64,000 nt of DNA from an uncultured delta proteobacterium. Lineage in GTDB: Bacteria > Myxococcota_A > Polyangia > Fen-1088. A model generated the notes under the pieces. That model made no database searches, was not told where the DNA came from, and saw only the letters and a program-made list of their open reading frames with translations. Below, piece by piece: positions 39,390 through 53,269 of the stretch; position 1 is the first letter of the stretch; each line of letters starts with the position of its first letter. The stretch is taken from contig CAVTRY010000018.1 of assembly GCA_963737265.1 (NCBI GenBank), positions 64,001 to 128,000 of the forward strand, read 5' to 3'. A program made the position numbers and the translations under genes.

Positions 39390-42300
39390 GTGCTCAAGCG
39401 GGTTATCCGCTTTTCGGCCGAGAACAAGTACTTGGTCATCGCCGGCACGCTGGTGGCCATGGCGATTGCGTACTGGACCATGCGCAATATCCCGCTCGAT
39501 GCCTTGCCCGACCTCTCGGACACGCAGGTCATCGTTTACTCGCGTTGGGATCGCAGCCCGGACATCATCGAGGACCAGGTTTCGTATCCGATTATCACCG
39601 CTCTGCTGGGCGCGCCCAAGGTCAAGGCGATCCGCGGCTACTCAGATTTCGGCTTCAGCTATGTTTACGTGATCTTCGAAGATGGCACCGACGTCTACTG
39701 GGCGCGCACGCGCGTGCTTGAATACCTTTCCAAGATCTCGGCGCAACTTCCGGCGGGCGTGAAGACCGAGCTTGGCCCAGACGCCTCCAGCCTGGGCTGG
39801 GTCTTCCAGTACGCCTTGGTGGACCGGACCGGCAAGCATGCCAGCGACGAGCTGCGCAGTTACCAGGACTGGTTCATGCGCTATGCCGTGCAAAGTGTGC
39901 CAGGCGTGGCCGAGGTCGCAACCGTAGGCGGTCAGGTCCGCCAGTACCAGGTGACAGTGAGGCCGGACGCTCTCGCGGCCTACAAGCTTCCCCTCAATAC
40001 TGTCGTCGAGGCTGTGCGCCGGGGAAACAACGACGTCGGCGGTCGCTTAGTCGAGCTGTCAGGGCGCGAATACATGGTGCGCGGGCGCGGGTATGTGAAG
40101 TCGATCGGCGATCTCGAGAAGCTGGTCCTCAAGACCGAGAACGGAACCCCCATCACGGTCAAGGACGTGGCCAGCGTGGCTCTTGGACCGGAAATGCGCC
40201 GGGGCATTGCCGACTACAATGGCGCCGGGGACGTGGTGGGCGGCATCGTGGTTATGCGCCAGGGGGAAAACGCTCTCAACCTCATCGAGCGCGTGAAGGC
40301 GAAGCTTACCGAACTCAAGCCGTCGCTGCCCGACGGGGTCGAGGTGGTGACGACTTATGACCGATCCGATCTCATCAACCGCGCCATTAGCACGGTGACC
40401 GACAAACTCATCGAGGAGATAATCGTCGTCTCGCTCATCATCCTGCTGTTCCTGTGGCACGTCCCGTCCGCCATCGTCCCCATCTTGACCATCCCCGTCA
40501 GCGTGGTGCTGGCCTTCATTCCCATGTACCTCATGGGATTGAACGCGAACTTGATGTCGCTGGCCGGGATCGCGATCTCCATCGGCGTGCTGGTGGACGG
40601 TGCCATCGTCGAGGTGGAGAACGCGTACAACAAGATCTACCTGTGGACAGGCGAGCGGCAAGAAGGGCGACTTCCATAGCGTGCGCTTGGATGCGCTCAT
40701 GGAAGTGGGTCCGTCGGTGTTCTTCTCGCTGCTGGTCATTGCGGTCGCGTTCATGCCGGTCTTCACGCTGGTCGACCAGGAGGGCCGGCTGTTCAAGCCG
40801 CTTGCCTACTCGAAGAACCTGGCCATGGCCATTGCCGCCCTGCTGGCCGTGACGCTGGATCCGGCGATGCGTATGCTGTTTGCTCGCATCGAGCCCTTTC
40901 GCTTCAGGCCCCGTCCAGTCGCGTGGCTGGCCACGCCGATCTTCGTCGGCAAGTACTACTCCGAGGAGCGGCATCCCATCAGCCATCTCTTGCATCGGAT
41001 TTACGAGGGGCCGTGCCGCTTGGTCGTCCGCCATGCCAAGGCTGACCATCATCCTCGGCGTCGCCGTGGTCGCGCTCACGCTGCCGGTCTACTTCAAGCT
41101 TGGGCTCCGAGTTCATGCCGCCGTTACGCGAGGGAGCGTTGCTCTACATGCCGTCGGCCGTGCAGCCGGGCATGTCGGTGGCCGAGGCGCAGAAGGCGCT
41201 GCAGGTGCAGGACAAGATCCTGATGACCTTCCCGGAAATCGACCGCGTCTTCGGCAAGGCGGGCCGCGCCGGCACATCGACCGACCCCGCGCCTTCTCAG
41301 CATGATGGAGACGACCATCCTGCTCAAGCCGGAGGCGGCAGTGGCGCGAAAAGCCGCGCTGGTATTCGGATTGGGCGCCCGAATTGGCTCAAACGCGCGC
41401 TGCGAACCGCGTGGCGCGACCGAATCACCGAGGACGAGCTGATCGCGGAGCTGGACGCGGCCTTGCGCCTGCCGGGGATCAGCAACGCTTGGACCATGCC
41501 CATCAAGGGACGCCTGGACATGCTGTCGACGGGGATTCGCACGCCCATCGGCATCAAGGTCAGCGGCGCGGACCTGAACGTGATTCAGAAGGTCGGATTG
41601 GAGATCGAGGCCGCGATTCAGAAGTTGCCGGAGACGCGCAGCGTGTTTGCCGAACGCGTGGCCGGTGGCTACTTCCTCGATTTCGTGCTCGACCGCGACA
41701 AGCTGGCGCGCTACGGCCTGTCCGTCGACGACGCCAACATGATGGTGATGACCGCGGTGGGCGGCGACAATCAGACCACCACGATGGAGGGCCGGCAGCG
41801 CTATGGCGTGAACGTGCGCTACGCGCGCGATTTTCGCGAAGACGTGGATGCTCTTAAACGCGTGTTGCTGCCGTTGCCAAGCGGCCTCGGCCAAATCCCC
41901 ATGGCGGAAATCGCGGAGGTCAAGCTGGTCGAAGGGCCGTCCATGATTCGCGACGAGAATGGACTGCTTTCGGGCTACGTGTACGTCGACTTCGACACCG
42001 CGAAGATCGACGTTGGCAGCTACGTAGAGCGCGCCAAGCAGGCTGTGGCCGCCGCGGTAAAATTGCCCACCGGCTACGCCCTATCCTGGAGCGGACAGTA
42101 TGAAAACATGCTGCGTGTGAAAGAGCGCTTGAAGGTGATCCTGCCTATCACCTTGGTGCTCATCTTCGGGCTGCTCTACCTAAACACGAAGTCGGCCTTC
42201 AAGGCCGGCATCGTGATGCTGGCCGTCCCCTTTTCCGCGGTCGGCGCCATCTGGCTCATCTACCTGCTTGGCTACAACGTCTCCATCGCGGTCTGGGTCG

Positions 42301-42698
42301 GCATGATCGCGCTCATGGGACTCGACGCGGAAACCGGCGTCTTCATGCTGCTGTTTCTCGATCTGTCGCACGACGAGGCCAAGGCGCGCGGCCAGCTGCA
42401 AAGCACCGGCGATCTGGTCGAGGCCATCGTCCACGGTGCGGTCAAGCGCGTCCGACCCAAGGCGATGACGGTGTGTGCCGCCTTCATTGGTCTACTGCCT
42501 ATCATGTGGTCCACCGGCACCGGCGCCGACCTAATGAAACGCATCGCCGCGCCCATGGTGGGCGGCCTCGTCACGTCGTTCGCGATGGAGCTGCTGGTCT
42601 ACCCGGCAATCTATTACCTGTGGCGACGGAAGGAAGTCGTGGACGGGTCGGTCACCGCGATCCGGACTGACGGGGAAACCACGATGGGCACGGTGTGA
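39390..42698 (+). CDS. cusA: CusA/CzcA heavy-metal RND permease, interrupted by about six +1 frameshifts (probably sequencing errors)
   Basis: LDALPDLSDTQVI, GSEFMPPL and MKRIAAPMVGG. Extra bases near 40647, 41041, 41103, 41295, 41337 and 41381. Confidence 0.88.
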
Positions 42699-42717
42699 GA
42701 TCGGGTACGCTATTGTC

Positions 42718-44106
42718 ATGACCCAAAACCTGAGCTTACCCAGTCAGGGGCGCATTCTCCTCGTCGACGACGATGAGAGTTTCTTGGAGGTCATGTCCTT
42801 CCTATTGGAGCAGGAGGGTTACGACGTGGTTCGCGCCGCCAGCGGTCCCGAGGCGTTCGAGCGCCTGCAAGCTGGTCCGTTTCCGGTCATGGTCACCGAC
42901 CTGAAGATGCCGGGCTTCGACGGTCTGACCCTGCTCAAGAAAGCGCACGGCTTGGATCCAAGTCTGCTGGTTATCGTCATGACCGCGTTTGGCGACCTGG
43001 GCACGGCCGTGGCTGCCATGAAGGCCGGCGCCTTCGACTTCCTGCCGAAGCCGTGCGACCGCGACCACTTCAAGCTGACCGTTCGTCGCGCCCTGGAGCA
43101 CGCACGCCTGCGCCGGGAGGTGGGCGAGCTGCGCAGCGGTGGCAGCAGCGAAGGCAAGACGTTGGTCTTCGCCTCGCAAGCGATGGCCGATCTCGTCGCC
43201 GTGGCCGAACGCGTGGCCGCGGCGGACGCCACCATCCTCATCCAGGGCGAAAGCGGTACCGGTAAGGAACTGCTCGCGCGTCGGATTCACTCCGCCAGCC
43301 CGCGCAAGGATGGCGCATTCGTGGCGGTGAATTGCGGTGCCATCCCACGCGATCTGCTCGAGTCGGAATTGTTTGGCCACGCCAAGGGTGCCTTTACCGG
43401 CGCGACCAGCGAGCGCAAGGGACGATTTCTTCAGGCCGACAAGGGAACACTGTTTCTCGACGAGATTGCCGAATTGCCGCTTGAGCTACAATCGCGACTC
43501 TTGCGCGTGCTGCAAGAAAAGGTGCTCGATCCCGTGGGCAGCGAGCGCTCGGTGCCGCTCAACGTGCGCGTGCTGGCAGCCACCAATCAGGCGCTCGATG
43601 CCCGGGTGGCGGCGGGCCAATTCCGCCAGGATTTGTTCTATCGATTGAACGTTGTGCCATTGCACATTCCGCCGCTGCGCAAGCGCCAGGAAGACATTTT
43701 GCCCTTGGCCCGGCACTTTCTCGCCAAGCATAGCGGCGGCCGTGAATGGGAAATTCCGCTGGCTACGGCGGAGCGCCTGGTGCGCATGCGTTGGCCTGGG
43801 AACGTTCGCGAGCTGGAGAATCTGTGCCAGCGCGCCGCGTTGCTCGCCGAGGAGCCGGTCCTCGCCGAGGAGCTGCTCACCGGAAGAACAGCGACACCGG
43901 CGGAGGCGCCGCGCTTGTCGATCGAAGGCATCACGCTTCCAGCCGAGGGCGTTTCGCTCGTCGATTTGGAGCGCGCCATCTTGGTGCGCGCGCTGGAGAT
44001 GAACGACTACAATCAAAGCTCGACTGCGCGTTTCCTGCGCATTCCACGCCACATTCTGCTCTACCGAATGCAGAAATTCGAAATTTCCGCCAAGGGTAAG
44101 ACATGA
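42718..44106 (+). CDS. NtrC-family sigma54 response regulator
   Basis: REC (VDDD, TDLKMP), GESGTGKE, GAFTGA and HTH. Confidence 0.93.
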   Translation: MTQNLSLPSQGRILLVDDDESFLEVMSFLLEQEGYDVVRAASGPEAFERLQAGPFPVMVTDLKMPGFDGLTLLKKAHGLDPSLLVIVMTAFGDLGTAVAAMKAGAFDFLPKPCDRDHFKLTVRRALEHARLRREVGELRSGGSSEGKTLVFASQAMADLVAVAERVAAADATILIQGESGTGKELLARRIHSASPRKDGAFVAVNCGAIPRDLLESELFGHAKGAFTGATSERKGRFLQADKGTLFLDEIAELPLELQSRLLRVLQEKVLDPVGSERSVPLNVRVLAATNQALDARVAAGQFRQDLFYRLNVVPLHIPPLRKRQEDILPLARHFLAKHSGGREWEIPLATAERLVRMRWPGNVRELENLCQRAALLAEEPVLAEELLTGRTATPAEAPRLSIEGITLPAEGVSLVDLERAILVRALEMNDYNQSSTARFLRIPRHILLYRMQKFEISAKGKT

Positions 44107-45224
44107 CGATGAGATTGCACCCACCGTGGGTGTTGTCCGCCCGGGCGTTTCTGTATTTGTGGCTGCCCGTGCTGGCCATCAGCGCGGCGCATTTTGCAAC
44201 GCCTGCGTCGTACGATTGGTTGCACGACGTCTTTCGCCGCCTCTACTACATCCCTATCATTGTGGGAGCATTCCTTTTTGGACTGCGCGGCGCCCTGGTC
44301 ACGTCGCTGGTGGCCACGGTGCTCTACGTTCCGCACGCATTCTGGATGACCGGTCCTCACGCGCATCACCCCGGGATGATTCACGCGGACCCCACTGGAA
44401 CGGCCAACAAGGTCTTGGAATTGCTGCTCTACAATGTTGTCGCTCTGGTGACGGGCTTGCTGGTGGAAAGGGAGCAGCGTGCTCGGCGCGATGTGGAACA
44501 GAAGATTGTGGAGATGCGGGCCATTGAACAGCAGTTGATTCGCGCCGGTCGGCTTCAGTCGCTGGGGGAGCTGACCGCGGGTTTGGCCCACGAGATCAAG
44601 AATCCACTGGCGTCGCTCAAGACCGCCGCAGCGATCGTCGCCGACGAAATCGCCGAAACGTCGCCGCGGCGAAAGATGGTCGGCATTCTGCAAAAAGAGA
44701 TCGACCGCCTGGCGGCATTGCTTGAACGCTTTCTTTCCTTCGCTCGGCCAGGCAATCTGAGTATTACCAACGTCAAGCTCGCACACGCCGTGGAGCAAGC
44801 CGTGGCCCTTGTCAAACCGCAGGCTACCGTGCGGCGAGTGGTTCTTCGCCTCGATAGCCGGTCGCCTGGGACGGTCATCCAGGGTGACCCTGATAAGCTC
44901 ACACAGATTCTGCTCAACGTGATCCTCAACGCGGCGCAGTTCACTCCGGAGGGCGGCAGCGTGGACGTGGTTTGCGACGAGCGAACCTTGCCCCACGGCA
45001 GATTTGCCGTCGTGACCGTCCGCGATCAGGGGCCGGGAATCGCGGATGCCGATCGCGAGCGCATCTTCGACCCCTTTTTCTCGACGCGTGAGAATGGAAC
45101 TGGGCTCGGTCTATCTATCGCCAGCCGACTTATCGACGAACATCGCGGCTATATCGAGGTTGCAAGCTCGCCGGGGCAGGGTGCCGAGCTGTCCTTGTTC
45201 TTTCGGCTTTCGACGGCTTTGTGA
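44103..45224 (+). CDS. Membrane sensor histidine kinase
   Basis: His-containing membrane domain; LAHEIKNPL, NVILNA and GTGLGL. Confidence 0.92.
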   Translation: MTMRLHPPWVLSARAFLYLWLPVLAISAAHFATPASYDWLHDVFRRLYYIPIIVGAFLFGLRGALVTSLVATVLYVPHAFWMTGPHAHHPGMIHADPTGTANKVLELLLYNVVALVTGLLVEREQRARRDVEQKIVEMRAIEQQLIRAGRLQSLGELTAGLAHEIKNPLASLKTAAAIVADEIAETSPRRKMVGILQKEIDRLAALLERFLSFARPGNLSITNVKLAHAVEQAVALVKPQATVRRVVLRLDSRSPGTVIQGDPDKLTQILLNVILNAAQFTPEGGSVDVVCDERTLPHGRFAVVTVRDQGPGIADADRERIFDPFFSTRENGTGLGLSIASRLIDEHRGYIEVASSPGQGAELSLFFRLSTAL

Positions 45225-45270
45225 AACCTTCCGGTGTTTCTGGATTCTAAACACTGAGGAGACATCGCTG

Positions 45271-45639
45271 ATGGCACTCACATCATTGACCGAGGGGACA
45301 TTCAAGGAGAGCGTGAAGAGCGGCATTGTGCTGGTGGACTTTTGGGCCCCCTGGTGCGGTCCGTGCCGCGCCTTTGCTCCAATCTTCGAGAAGGCTGCCG
45401 AGGAGAATCCCGATGTCGTTTTCGGCAAAGTGAACACCGAGGATGAGCTGGATCTGGCGTCAGCCTACGGGATTCAAGCGATTCCAACCTTGATGGCCTT
45501 CCGCGACGGAATCGTCGTGTTCGAGCAGGCCGGGGCCCTACCTGGCCATGCGTTGCAAAAGCTTGTCGACCAGATCAAAGCTCTCGATATGGACAAGATT
45601 CGCAGGGAAGCGCAAGGACACGCCGCCGCTGCTTCATAG
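45271..45639 (+). CDS. trxA: Thioredoxin
   Basis: DFWAPWCGPC and IPTL; GAGGAG ribosome-binding site upstream. Confidence 0.93.
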   Translation: MALTSLTEGTFKESVKSGIVLVDFWAPWCGPCRAFAPIFEKAAEENPDVVFGKVNTEDELDLASAYGIQAIPTLMAFRDGIVVFEQAGALPGHALQKLVDQIKALDMDKIRREAQGHAAAAS

Positions 45640-45867
45640 CATTGCATACGATTTCGCGCGGGCTTGAACATCCATTCCGCTGGGGCGAGCAACTGGCGCG
45701 GAGTACGCCATATCGCCCGTTCCGCCCAAGGAGCGGGTTGACGCCTGATCTTTGTCGGCGCGTAAGGCAAGCGAGTGGTCGCGAGAATCTTGCCGGTCTC
45801 GTGTATGATGCCTCCCCGACGCAACTAAGCGTTTGGCCGAGCATCAAAACTACACAAGGGCCCGTGG

Positions 45868-47025
45868 ATGAAAGAACTAGACGAGACTACCGGAGCCATT
45901 CTCAAGCGTTTTCGTTTCGATTCGGCCGCTTTTGAGAAGGTGCGCGACGGGTTGGTGCGAGATTCTCCGGCGCCGGAATCGGGAAGGCTAGCTGTGTCGG
46001 TGACATCGCCGGCGGTAGAGGACTTGGTGGAGCTCGCGCCGCAAGCGTCGCTGGAGGGTAAGAAGCTAGCTGCCATCGGACGAGCGGCGCTGGCCCGCGG
46101 TGAGGTGGGAGTTGTCGTCCTCGCGGGCGGGATGGCGACGCGCTTCGGTGGGGTCGTCAAGGCCGTCGTCGAAGTCGTACCGGGAAGCTCGTTTCTCCGT
46201 CTTAAGCTCGCCGCGATCCAGTCAGCAGCCGCAGCCGCGGCTACCACCATTCCTGTCTTTCTCATGACTAGCTTTGCAACCAGCGACGAGATCCGACGCG
46301 TGATGCGCGAGGTGATTCATCCCAAGACGCCGATCGAAATTCTCGAACAATCGGTGACGATACGCCTGACCGGTACCGGCGACGTGTTTCACGACGCCCT
46401 CGGGCGACCGTCGTTGTGTGCGACCGGGCACGGCGATTTGCTCCCTACCTTGCGAGCGTCGGGTGCTCTTCAGCGTTTTCACGCCGCCGGGGGCCGCTTG
46501 CTGATGGTCTCCAACGTCGACAACCTGGCCGCTTCGATCGACCCGCGCGTGATAGGGGCGCACTGTGCCAGTGGCAAGAGTGTCACCGTCGAGGTTGTGC
46601 GCAAGGATCCCGGCGATCGTGGGGGTATTCCGGCACGGGTTGCCGGTCATCTGCAAATCGTCGAGGAATTCCGCTTGCCCATTGGATTCGATGCCAGTCG
46701 GGTTCCGTTCTTCAATACCAATACGTTCGTCTTCGACGCAGCCGCGATCGATCGCGACTTTGACCTCGACTGGTTTGCCGTCCGCCGCAAGGTCGACGGG
46801 CAAGAGACCATCCAGGCCGAGCGCCTGCTCGGACAGGTGACGGCCTTTTTGCCCACACAATTTCTGGTGGTCGAGCGGCGCGGCCCGGAGACTCGCTTTA
46901 TTCCGGTCAAGGATCGCGCCGAGCTCGAAGCTCGAATGCCAGACATAAAGGCTCTGCTGAGCGGCCTCGGCATCCCGCTCGCCCCACCGCGCAGCCCCAG
47001 CAGCGATTCGATGCGGAAGATCTAG
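45868..47025 (+). CDS. UDPGP-family (eukaryote-type) UTP-sugar-1-phosphate uridylyltransferase
   Basis: LAGGMATRFG, LMTSF, GHGD, SNVDNL, FNTN and RFIPVK. Confidence 0.85.
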   Translation: MKELDETTGAILKRFRFDSAAFEKVRDGLVRDSPAPESGRLAVSVTSPAVEDLVELAPQASLEGKKLAAIGRAALARGEVGVVVLAGGMATRFGGVVKAVVEVVPGSSFLRLKLAAIQSAAAAAATTIPVFLMTSFATSDEIRRVMREVIHPKTPIEILEQSVTIRLTGTGDVFHDALGRPSLCATGHGDLLPTLRASGALQRFHAAGGRLLMVSNVDNLAASIDPRVIGAHCASGKSVTVEVVRKDPGDRGGIPARVAGHLQIVEEFRLPIGFDASRVPFFNTNTFVFDAAAIDRDFDLDWFAVRRKVDGQETIQAERLLGQVTAFLPTQFLVVERRGPETRFIPVKDRAELEARMPDIKALLSGLGIPLAPPRSPSSDSMRKI

Positions 47026-47031
47026 CCATTA

Positions 47032-47445
47032 CTACTGTGCGTGGTTCGCGGCTTCCAGCTGTGCTGCGGCCCAGGCGCGCCGATCTTGCATCGGCTTCAG
47101 CTCGGCGGACGACTCGGTCTTGGTTTTCGCCAGCTCGGCGTCGGCGGTGTCTAGCTCCCGCTGAATAGCCTCGCGATCGATATCGCGGCCGTGTTCGCCC
47201 CGATTGACCAGCACTTCGATCTTATCGCCGTCGCTGACCCGCGCGACCTGCAGCAGACCGTCGCCCACCGCCAGGTACTTCATCCCTTCCTTGCCGCGAT
47301 AGCTGAGCACACCCGGCCGCAGCACCGACATGAATGGAATGTGGCCGGGCAAGATGCCGAACTCGCCCAGTACGCCAGGCGCGGCGATCTCGTCGACGTC
47401 GGTCTGAATGAGATACCCGCGTGGGGTTGTCACCGTCAGGTGCAT
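47032..47445 (-). CDS. atpC: ATP synthase F1 epsilon subunit
   Basis: GEFGILPGH; operon position. Confidence 0.9.
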   Translation of the reverse strand: MHLTVTTPRGYLIQTDVDEIAAPGVLGEFGILPGHIPFMSVLRPGVLSYRGKEGMKYLAVGDGLLQVARVSDGDKIEVLVNRGEHGRDIDREAIQRELDTADAELAKTKTESSAELKPMQDRRAWAAAQLEAANHAQ

Positions 47446-47457
47446 GGGCCTCCGCTA

Positions 47458-49807
<2,350 letters not shown>

Positions 49808-49822
49808 GGGTGTTTCCCTGGA

Positions 49823-51349
49823 CTACTTGCCTTGCGGGTTGAAAACCTTGCCGAACTCGGTGAGGACCGCGCGCATTTTTTCCGCCAGGCTGTCGAAGGA
49901 CTTGCCGTCGGCGCCTTTCTGCGCAAGCTCGGTGAGAAGGTCGCGCTTTTGGCCGTCGAGGTAGGCGTAGAGCTCGCGCTCGTACCGACCCAACGATTCG
50001 ATGGGAAGTGTGTCCACGAAACCGTTGGTGGCCGCGAAGAGGATCACGAGCTGTTTTTCGATGGGTAGTGGGACGTACTGGCCCTGTTTGAGCAGTTCCG
50101 TGATGCGTGCGCCGCGCGCCAGCTGTTGCTGCGTGGCCTTGTCGAGATCGGAGCCGAACTGAGCGAAGGCCGCCAGCGATCGGTATTGCGCCAGCTCCAG
50201 GCGCAGCTTGCCGGCGACCTTCTTCATCGCCGCGATCTGGGCCGCGCCACCCACGCGGCTGACCGACAGGCCGACGTTCACCGCCGGACGCTGACCGGAG
50301 TAGAAGAGGTCGCCTTCGAGGAAGATTTGTCCGTCGGTGATGGAGATGACGTTGGTGGGGATGTAGGCCGACAAGTCGCCTGCCTGGGTCTCGATGATGG
50401 GCAAGGCGGTGAGCGAGCCGGCGCCCTTGGCGTCCGACAGCTTGGCCGCGCGTTCGAGCAAACGCGAGTGCAAGTAGAACACGTCGCCGGGGAACGCCTC
50501 TCGTCCCGGTGGGCGGCGAAGCAGCAGCGAAAGCTGGCGGTAGGCAACGGCTTGCTTCGAAAGATCGTCGTAGATGATGAGCGCGTGGCGACCGCTGTCG
50601 CGGAAGTATTCGCCCATGGTGACGCCGGTGTAGGGCGCCAGGAACTGCAGCGGCGCCGAATCGGACGCGGTGGCCGAAATAACCGTCGTGAATTCCATCG
50701 CACCACGCTCGCGCAGCTTGTCCACCACCGAAGCCACCGTCGACTGCTTCTGGCCAATGGCCACGTAGAAGCAGTACATGTTCTGGCCCTTTTGATTGAT
50801 GATGGTGTCGACCGCGATGGCGGTCTTGCCGGTCTGGCGGTCGCCGATGATGAGCTCGCGCTGGCCGCGGCCGATGGGGATGGTCGAGTCGATGGCCTTG
50901 ATGCCAGTCTGCACCGGCTCATGCACCGATTTGCGCGCGATGATGCCAGGCGCCTTGATTTCAATTTTGCGCGAGTCCTTGGATTCGATGGGACCCTTGC
51001 CGTCGATGGCCTGGCCCAGGGCGTTGACAACGCGACCGACCAGCGCCTCGCCCACGGGAACCTGGGCGATCTTGCCGGTGCGCTTGACGATGTCGCCTTC
51101 ACGCACGGTCTCGAAGTCGCCGAGGAGAACGACGCCGACGTTGTCCTCTTCCAGGTTCAACACCAGTCCGACGACGTTCTTGCCGAAGTCGAGCAGCTCG
51201 CCCGCCATGGCGTTTTCAAGACCGTAGACGCGGGCGATGCCATCGCCGGCTTCGAGCACGGTTCCGGTCTCCGCCACGGCGACTTTCTGGTCGAAGCCTT
51301 CGATCTCCCTGCGGATGATCTGACTGATTTCTTCAGCGCGAATCTGCAT
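49823..51349 (-). CDS. atpA: ATP synthase F1 alpha subunit
   Basis: GDRQTGKT and [13 protein letters not shown]. Confidence 0.98.
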   Translation of the reverse strand: MQIRAEEISQIIRREIEGFDQKVAVAETGTVLEAGDGIARVYGLENAMAGELLDFGKNVVGLVLNLEEDNVGVVLLGDFETVREGDIVKRTGKIAQVPVGEALVGRVVNALGQAIDGKGPIESKDSRKIEIKAPGIIARKSVHEPVQTGIKAIDSTIPIGRGQRELIIGDRQTGKTAIAVDTIINQKGQNMYCFYVAIGQKQSTVASVVDKLRERGAMEFTTVISATASDSAPLQFLAPYTGVTMGEYFRDSGRHALIIYDDLSKQAVAYRQLSLLLRRPPGREAFPGDVFYLHSRLLERAAKLSDAKGAGSLTALPIIETQAGDLSAYIPTNVISITDGQIFLEGDLFYSGQRPAVNVGLSVSRVGGAAQIAAMKKVAGKLRLELAQYRSLAAFAQFGSDLDKATQQQLARGARITELLKQGQYVPLPIEKQLVILFAATNGFVDTLPIESLGRYERELYAYLDGQKRDLLTELAQKGADGKSFDSLAEKMRAVLTEFGKVFNPQGK

Positions 51350-51408
51350 TGTTTTTCCTTCAGACTATTCCGGACGTTTCGAAACTTGCGCGGGCCCGCG
51401 GCAACGAT

Positions 51409-51954
51409 CTAGTTGAGAAGCCGATTCCTCAGATTGGATAGGCGAGTTGCTACGCTGCCATCGATCACCATACCGGCCACATACGCGACCACGCCGCCGA
51501 CCAGGGCGGGATCCACCTCGGTGGTCATCAGCACCTTCTTGCCGGTACGGCGCTCGATCGCCTTGCGGATCTCGGTCTCGCTGCCGAGGTCGAGCGGCTT
51601 GGCCGACTTGACGAGAGCGCGCACACGCCCAAGTTTCTCGTCGCACATTTCTTCATAGGCGCGTGCGAGAGCAGGCAAGATGGCGATGCGACCGCGTTCG
51701 AGCAGTAACAAGGCGAGGCTGTGTACCTGCCGCGCCGGCGCCACGCGGGGCAGAAGACTCTGCAGGACCGCGCGCTTTTGCGACAGCTTGAAAATGGGAT
51801 TCTCCAGCGTTTGGCGCAGATCCGTCGAGTGAGTCCACAGATCGGCCAATTCGCTTATCTCGCGGCCGAAGAGCTCGAAATTGCCTCGATCCACGCCGAT
51901 GGCGAAAATAGCCTTGGCGTAGCGGCGTGCGACGGATCCCCCGATAGCGGACAT
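51409..51954 (-). CDS. atpH: ATP synthase F1 delta subunit
   Basis: VARRYAKA and DPALVGG...IDGS. Confidence 0.95.
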   Translation of the reverse strand: MSAIGGSVARRYAKAIFAIGVDRGNFELFGREISELADLWTHSTDLRQTLENPIFKLSQKRAVLQSLLPRVAPARQVHSLALLLLERGRIAILPALARAYEEMCDEKLGRVRALVKSAKPLDLGSETEIRKAIERRTGKKVLMTTEVDPALVGGVVAYVAGMVIDGSVATRLSNLRNRLLN

Positions 51955-52739
51955 CAGCTTGCCTCTCCGCCGGCGGCGCCAGGCGCGGTGAACCCGGCGA
52001 CAAACTCCTGCGCCAAGCGGCGCTGATCGTCTGGCGTCACCGACTTGCGCAACAGCTCATCGGCCAACTTGATCGCGATCGTAGCAACCTCCGCGCGCAG
52101 GATGGTCTCGGCGTCCTTCACCTGTTGGTCAAGCTGGAAATGCAGTTCCTCTTGGATGCGTTTGGCCTTCTCTTGGGCGCCCTCGACCATGCGCGCTTGT
52201 TCGCGCTCGGCATCTTGGCGCATGGACGCACGCAGGGCCGCGATCTCCTTTTCCAAATCGGCGATGCGCTTTTCTTGCGCTTGGTATTTTCCCTTGGCCT
52301 CGTCGCGCAGCCGCGTGGATTCGCCAATGTCATGCTTGAGTTGTTCGTGCCGGGAGCGCAGTGCCTTGTTCATGGCCCGGCCGCCGAAGTAGATGAGAAT
52401 GAAAAGGAGAACGCCGAAGTTCAGCAGTTGCAGTGCGAAGGTCTTCTTGCTGAAGGTAACGTGTTCGCCGTGGCCACTGCCTTCCTCATGCTCAGCCACG
52501 GGCTGACTTCCAAACTCCGAATGGTTGGCTTTGTCACCCATTGGGCCTGCGCGTTCTGGACCGGCCAGCGTTTCTGCCGATGGAGTGGGCTGTCGCTGCC
52601 GAGCGGCCGGAACCAGTTCGGCTGCGACTTGCGCTTGCGGCGCCACCTGTGGCGAAGCGGGGGCGACCTCCTGCGCAAAGGCACCTGCGGCAACCGCGAG
52701 TACGCTAGCGACGATGAGTGAGGGCAATGGCCATCTCAT
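51954..52739 (-). CDS. atpF: ATP synthase F0 subunit b with N-terminal extension
   Basis: LLNFGVLLFIL TM helix followed by a coiled coil. Confidence 0.88.
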   Translation of the reverse strand: MRWPLPSLIVASVLAVAAGAFAQEVAPASPQVAPQAQVAAELVPAARQRQPTPSAETLAGPERAGPMGDKANHSEFGSQPVAEHEEGSGHGEHVTFSKKTFALQLLNFGVLLFILIYFGGRAMNKALRSRHEQLKHDIGESTRLRDEAKGKYQAQEKRIADLEKEIAALRASMRQDAEREQARMVEGAQEKAKRIQEELHFQLDQQVKDAETILRAEVATIAIKLADELLRKSVTPDDQRRLAQEFVAGFTAPGAAGGEAS

Positions 52740-53251
52740 GATGTCAGCCTCCGGCCGAGCGTCTTCTCCGCGATCTCCCGCGCAAGCACGTCCGTTTGCG
52801 CCCGCAGGCTCGCCTTTTCGGCTGCAAGAGTCGTCTCTAGTTTGGCGCGCGCCTCGGCCAGCATCGCGCGGGCTGCCGTCTGCGCTTGGCTGACGAGTTG
52901 CTGCTCGCGGACCTGCGCCTCGCCGCGAAGCTTCGCCATTTCGGCGTTTCCGTTGCGCCGCGCTTCGGCCAGCGAGATGTCGATACGGGCCAGGCGGGTT
53001 GCTGCTTCAGCCTCGAGCGTGGCGGCTTCTTCGCGCGCACCCTCGACGCGGGTCACGCGCTCGTCGCGCACACGCAGGTAGGGCTTCCAAAGGAACTGCC
53101 ACAAAATCAGCAGCAGAACCAGGAACAGGCCCAGCATCAGGAAGACCGTTCCGTCGAGGTCGAGCAGTTGCGGCTCGGCTGAGCGAGGAGCGGCCCCCGC
53201 ACCAGCCGCCTCGGTTGCGACCGCTTGAAGTAGAGTTAACAAGGCGCTCAC
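52736..53251 (-). CDS. atpF: ATP synthase F0 subunit b'
   Basis: DGTVF...LWKPYLRVRDER, coiled coil, EKTLGR. Confidence 0.88.
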   Translation of the reverse strand: MSALLTLLQAVATEAAGAGAAPRSAEPQLLDLDGTVFLMLGLFLVLLLILWQFLWKPYLRVRDERVTRVEGAREEAATLEAEAATRLARIDISLAEARRNGNAEMAKLRGEAQVREQQLVSQAQTAARAMLAEARAKLETTLAAEKASLRAQTDVLAREIAEKTLGRRLTS

Positions 53252-53269
53252 GATGGCTACTGGGGACGA

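Noticed and set aside
45680-45740. Nested stem-loops after trxA as a possible ncRNA or riboswitch
   Set aside because: No recognisable family motif, and GC-rich DNA forms such stems readily.
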